Positions 15,700-18,093 of a stretch of DNA of 18,093 nucleotides are shown here, one piece after another. The notes beneath the pieces were generated by a model. It saw only the letters and a list, made by a program, of their open reading frames with translations, was not told the origin of the DNA and did no database searches. Position 1 is the stretch's first letter. Each line of letters begins with the position of its first letter. The stretch is taken from assembly GCA_963843375.1 (NCBI GenBank), contig CAWJKT010000030.1:1-18093 (forward strand), written 5' to 3'. Origin of the DNA: an uncultured Pseudomonadota bacterium. Lineage in GTDB: Bacteria > Oederibacteriota > Muellerivitia > Muellerivitales > Muellerivitaceae. The translations under genes and the position numbers were made by a program.

Positions 15700-16985
15700 C
15701 CCTGGCGCTGAGCCCTCGGCATATCCTTATTTTCGAGGCCTATACCGATGCCAATATCGGTTCAGGTGCCCTCGTGGAAAATACCGTAAAACTTTTAAAG
15801 GCCAAATATCCGGAAGCCGAAATTAAAGTCATGGCCCATTATCCGGATGCTTTTCATTATGAAAATGTCGAATCGGTTCCGGATGTTTACGAATACCCCT
15901 ATTTGAAGCCTCGTTGGATACAGGTGGGTTGGCTTTTGAAAACTATTTTTTGGCTGTCCGGAACTTACCTTCAGTCTTTTATTTTAAAAACAAAGCCTTT
16001 CCCTTTATTCAAGGAAAAGGTTCAGTTTTTCCAGTGGGCCGATTTGGTGGTGAGCGTAGGCGCTGAGAGGATCAACGACAAGTTTGTAAACATTCAGGTT
16101 TGTTCCGCCTTAAGCCTTGGTCTATTGAAATCCATGGGTAAGAAGGTAGTGTTTTTTCCCTCCACTATTGGACCTTTTTTCTATCGCTTAACCCGGTGGC
16201 TTTCTTCCGGGGTTTTGAGTCGGTTGGATTTGATTTATACCCGTGACCGCCAATCTACCAAAACTTGCTTGGAAATCCTCAAGTTGGATCCTTCCAAGGT
16301 TATTGAAACCTCTGATGTTGCCATTCTTCAAGCACAGGAATCTCCAGAAAAATCCTGGGAACTTTTGGCTTCCTTTCAAGAAAAACCATTGCCAATGGGA
16401 ACTCCTCTGGTGGGAATTAGCGCCTTGGAATGGCTTTATCGTGCCAATAAAGTTGAAACTCAATACAGCAACTTTGAATCCTATGTCCGGGAAATGGCAA
16501 AACTGGCCGATACCCTAGTGGAGAAATATGGAGTAAAGATCGTTTTTTTTCCGACGAATTATCGGGTTCATGGTTGCCGCGACAATGATGTGGCGACCTC
16601 ACAGGAAATCCGGGATAAAATGACTCATTCGGATTCGGCTTTTGTGATCGACCGATTAACGACCCCCTCCCAATTCAAGGGCATGCTGGCTTGTTCCCGG
16701 GTAAATATTGTAACCCGGATGCATGCCTGTATCCTTTCTACCGGGGCCGGCATCCCGACCCTTTCAGTCAATTACCTTTTCAAGTTGCGGGAATATATGG
16801 AGTCGCTCGGCTTGGCGGAGTTTTCCATCGATATTGAGGAATTCAACGCCGGCGACATGCTGGAAGCCTTCGATAAAATGTGGAGATCCCGGGAAGATTG
16901 GAGCCGCTATGTACGCGCGGCCATCAAGGAGAAAAAAGAATCTCTAACAAAAGCCTTGGAACGAATGGATGATTTCATCCTGTAA
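15696..16985 (+). CDS. Polysaccharide pyruvyl transferase family protein (WcaK/AmsJ-like)
   Basis: NIGSGAL, STIGPF, IYTRDRQS and TRMHACILSTGAGIPTLSVNY..K motifs; ATGA overlap with the upstream gene. Confidence 0.88.
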   Translation: MTLALSPRHILIFEAYTDANIGSGALVENTVKLLKAKYPEAEIKVMAHYPDAFHYENVESVPDVYEYPYLKPRWIQVGWLLKTIFWLSGTYLQSFILKTKPFPLFKEKVQFFQWADLVVSVGAERINDKFVNIQVCSALSLGLLKSMGKKVVFFPSTIGPFFYRLTRWLSSGVLSRLDLIYTRDRQSTKTCLEILKLDPSKVIETSDVAILQAQESPEKSWELLASFQEKPLPMGTPLVGISALEWLYRANKVETQYSNFESYVREMAKLADTLVEKYGVKIVFFPTNYRVHGCRDNDVATSQEIRDKMTHSDSAFVIDRLTTPSQFKGMLACSRVNIVTRMHACILSTGAGIPTLSVNYLFKLREYMESLGLAEFSIDIEEFNAGDMLEAFDKMWRSREDWSRYVRAAIKEKKESLTKALERMDDFIL

Positions 16986-17148
16986 TGAGCCAAAACCGAT
17001 TGCAAGCTAGGAGTCTCGTAACGTTATCGGAAATATAGGGATTGTTTCTGAATCAATTTGATTCCCCCTGCCATTGCGGTTAAAACATAACGTTCCTGCC
17101 ATAAAGTTGAAAATTTCCTAAGATCCAGAGAGACGCGAAAAACAAAAA

Positions 17149-18093
17149 ATGAAAATCGCCCATATTATTTTAAAAACCATACCCTTTGGCGGAGGAATTG
17201 AAAAATATATCGACGAAATCGGGCCCCGTCTGGTGGTAAAGGGCCATGAAATAGTTGTTTATACTATGCGACATTATGGGAATCCCCCTCCCTCCTATAA
17301 AGGGATGAAAATCAAGGCGATCCATGCCTTGCCCTCGAAGACTGCCGAAAAAATGATTTCATCTTTTTTGGCCACTCTTGACGCCTGTTTGAAGGAAAAG
17401 CCCGATTTGATCCACTTTCATTCCTTCACACAACAGACAACCTTTCTGGCTCGATGGGTCGGTATTCCGGCGTTGGTACAGGGTCACGGGTTGGAGTGGA
17501 AAAGATCAAGATGGAATCTGGCGGGGAAATGGTTCTTGAAATTCAGCGAATGGATTATGGTTCATTCTGCGGATCGTTTGACGGTAGTTTCGAAGGTGCA
17601 ACAAAATTACTTAAAGGAAAAATATGGGCGCGAAAGCGTTTATATTCCCACGGGAATCAATCCGCCCATCCGCTTGGAACCCGAAACAATTACCTCCTTA
17701 TGGGGACTCCAGGGCCGGGATTATTTTCTTACCGCCGCAAGGTTGGTCCCGGAGAAAGGCGTTCATACGTTGATCGAAGCCTTTAACAGGGTTCAAAGTA
17801 ATTTCAAATTGGTCATCGCCGGGGACGCAGGGCACGAAAAGAAATATCTCGAAAAGCTTAAAACTTTGGCACAGGGCAACCCCAATATTATTTTCACCGG
17901 ATATGTAACCGGCAAACCATATGTCGAATTGATGTCCAATGCCTATGTCTTTGTACTAGCCTCCGAACTAGAAGGGCTGCCGACTGTTTTATTGGAGGCT
18001 ATGAGCTTTGGGAATTGCTGTCTGGCGAGTGATATTCCTGAAAATCTGGAAGCCTTGGGGAACAGGGGATTGACATTCCGAAATGGTTCAATT
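17149..18093 (+). CDS. Glycosyltransferase family 4, 3'-truncated by window (absent from ORF track)
   Basis: Manual translation gives MKIAHIILKTIPFGGGIEKY...HGLEWKRSRW...IPTGI...ARLVPEKG...SELEGLPTVLLEAMSFG (EX7E), open to the window end. Confidence 0.92.
   Translation, partial: MKIAHIILKTIPFGGGIEKYIDEIGPRLVVKGHEIVVYTMRHYGNPPPSYKGMKIKAIHALPSKTAEKMISSFLATLDACLKEKPDLIHFHSFTQQTTFLARWVGIPALVQGHGLEWKRSRWNLAGKWFLKFSEWIMVHSADRLTVVSKVQQNYLKEKYGRESVYIPTGINPPIRLEPETITSLWGLQGRDYFLTAARLVPEKGVHTLIEAFNRVQSNFKLVIAGDAGHEKKYLEKLKTLAQGNPNIIFTGYVTGKPYVELMSNAYVFVLASELEGLPTVLLEAMSFGNCCLASDIPENLEALGNRGLTFRNGSI

Noticed and set aside
17454..17786. 110-aa ORF in the track
   Set aside because: It is an out-of-frame overlap within the real GT4 gene starting at 17149.

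Overview
Bacterial cell-envelope region with two divergent blocks. Left (1-5255): three Thr/Ser/Pro-rich surface-protein genes. These are the 3' end of a protein with a T9SS-type-A/FlgD-Ig-like C-terminal domain (+), and two tandem paralogous lipoproteins (-) with mucin-like stalks ending in internalin-like LRR domains; the shorter paralog has a single frameshift. Right (6037-end, all +): a Wzx/Wzy-type glycan locus with a WecA/TagO-like initiating transferase, an OPX (Wza-like) export protein, a Wzc-like co-polymerase, a Wzx flippase, two GT2s, a Wzy/O-antigen-ligase-family protein, a pyruvyl transferase and a 3'-truncated GT4 that the ORF track missed. Several core components are atypical: the Wzc has Walker A K->R and no Tyr tail, the WecA has a ~180-aa soluble C-terminal extension, and the OPX lacks a lipobox. 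The best candidate for an undescribed system is a phosphotyrosine-independent pyruvylated-glycan pathway that may be linked to the neighbouring Thr-rich surface proteins; that link is inference only. No RNA genes, CRISPR arrays or mobile elements were seen.
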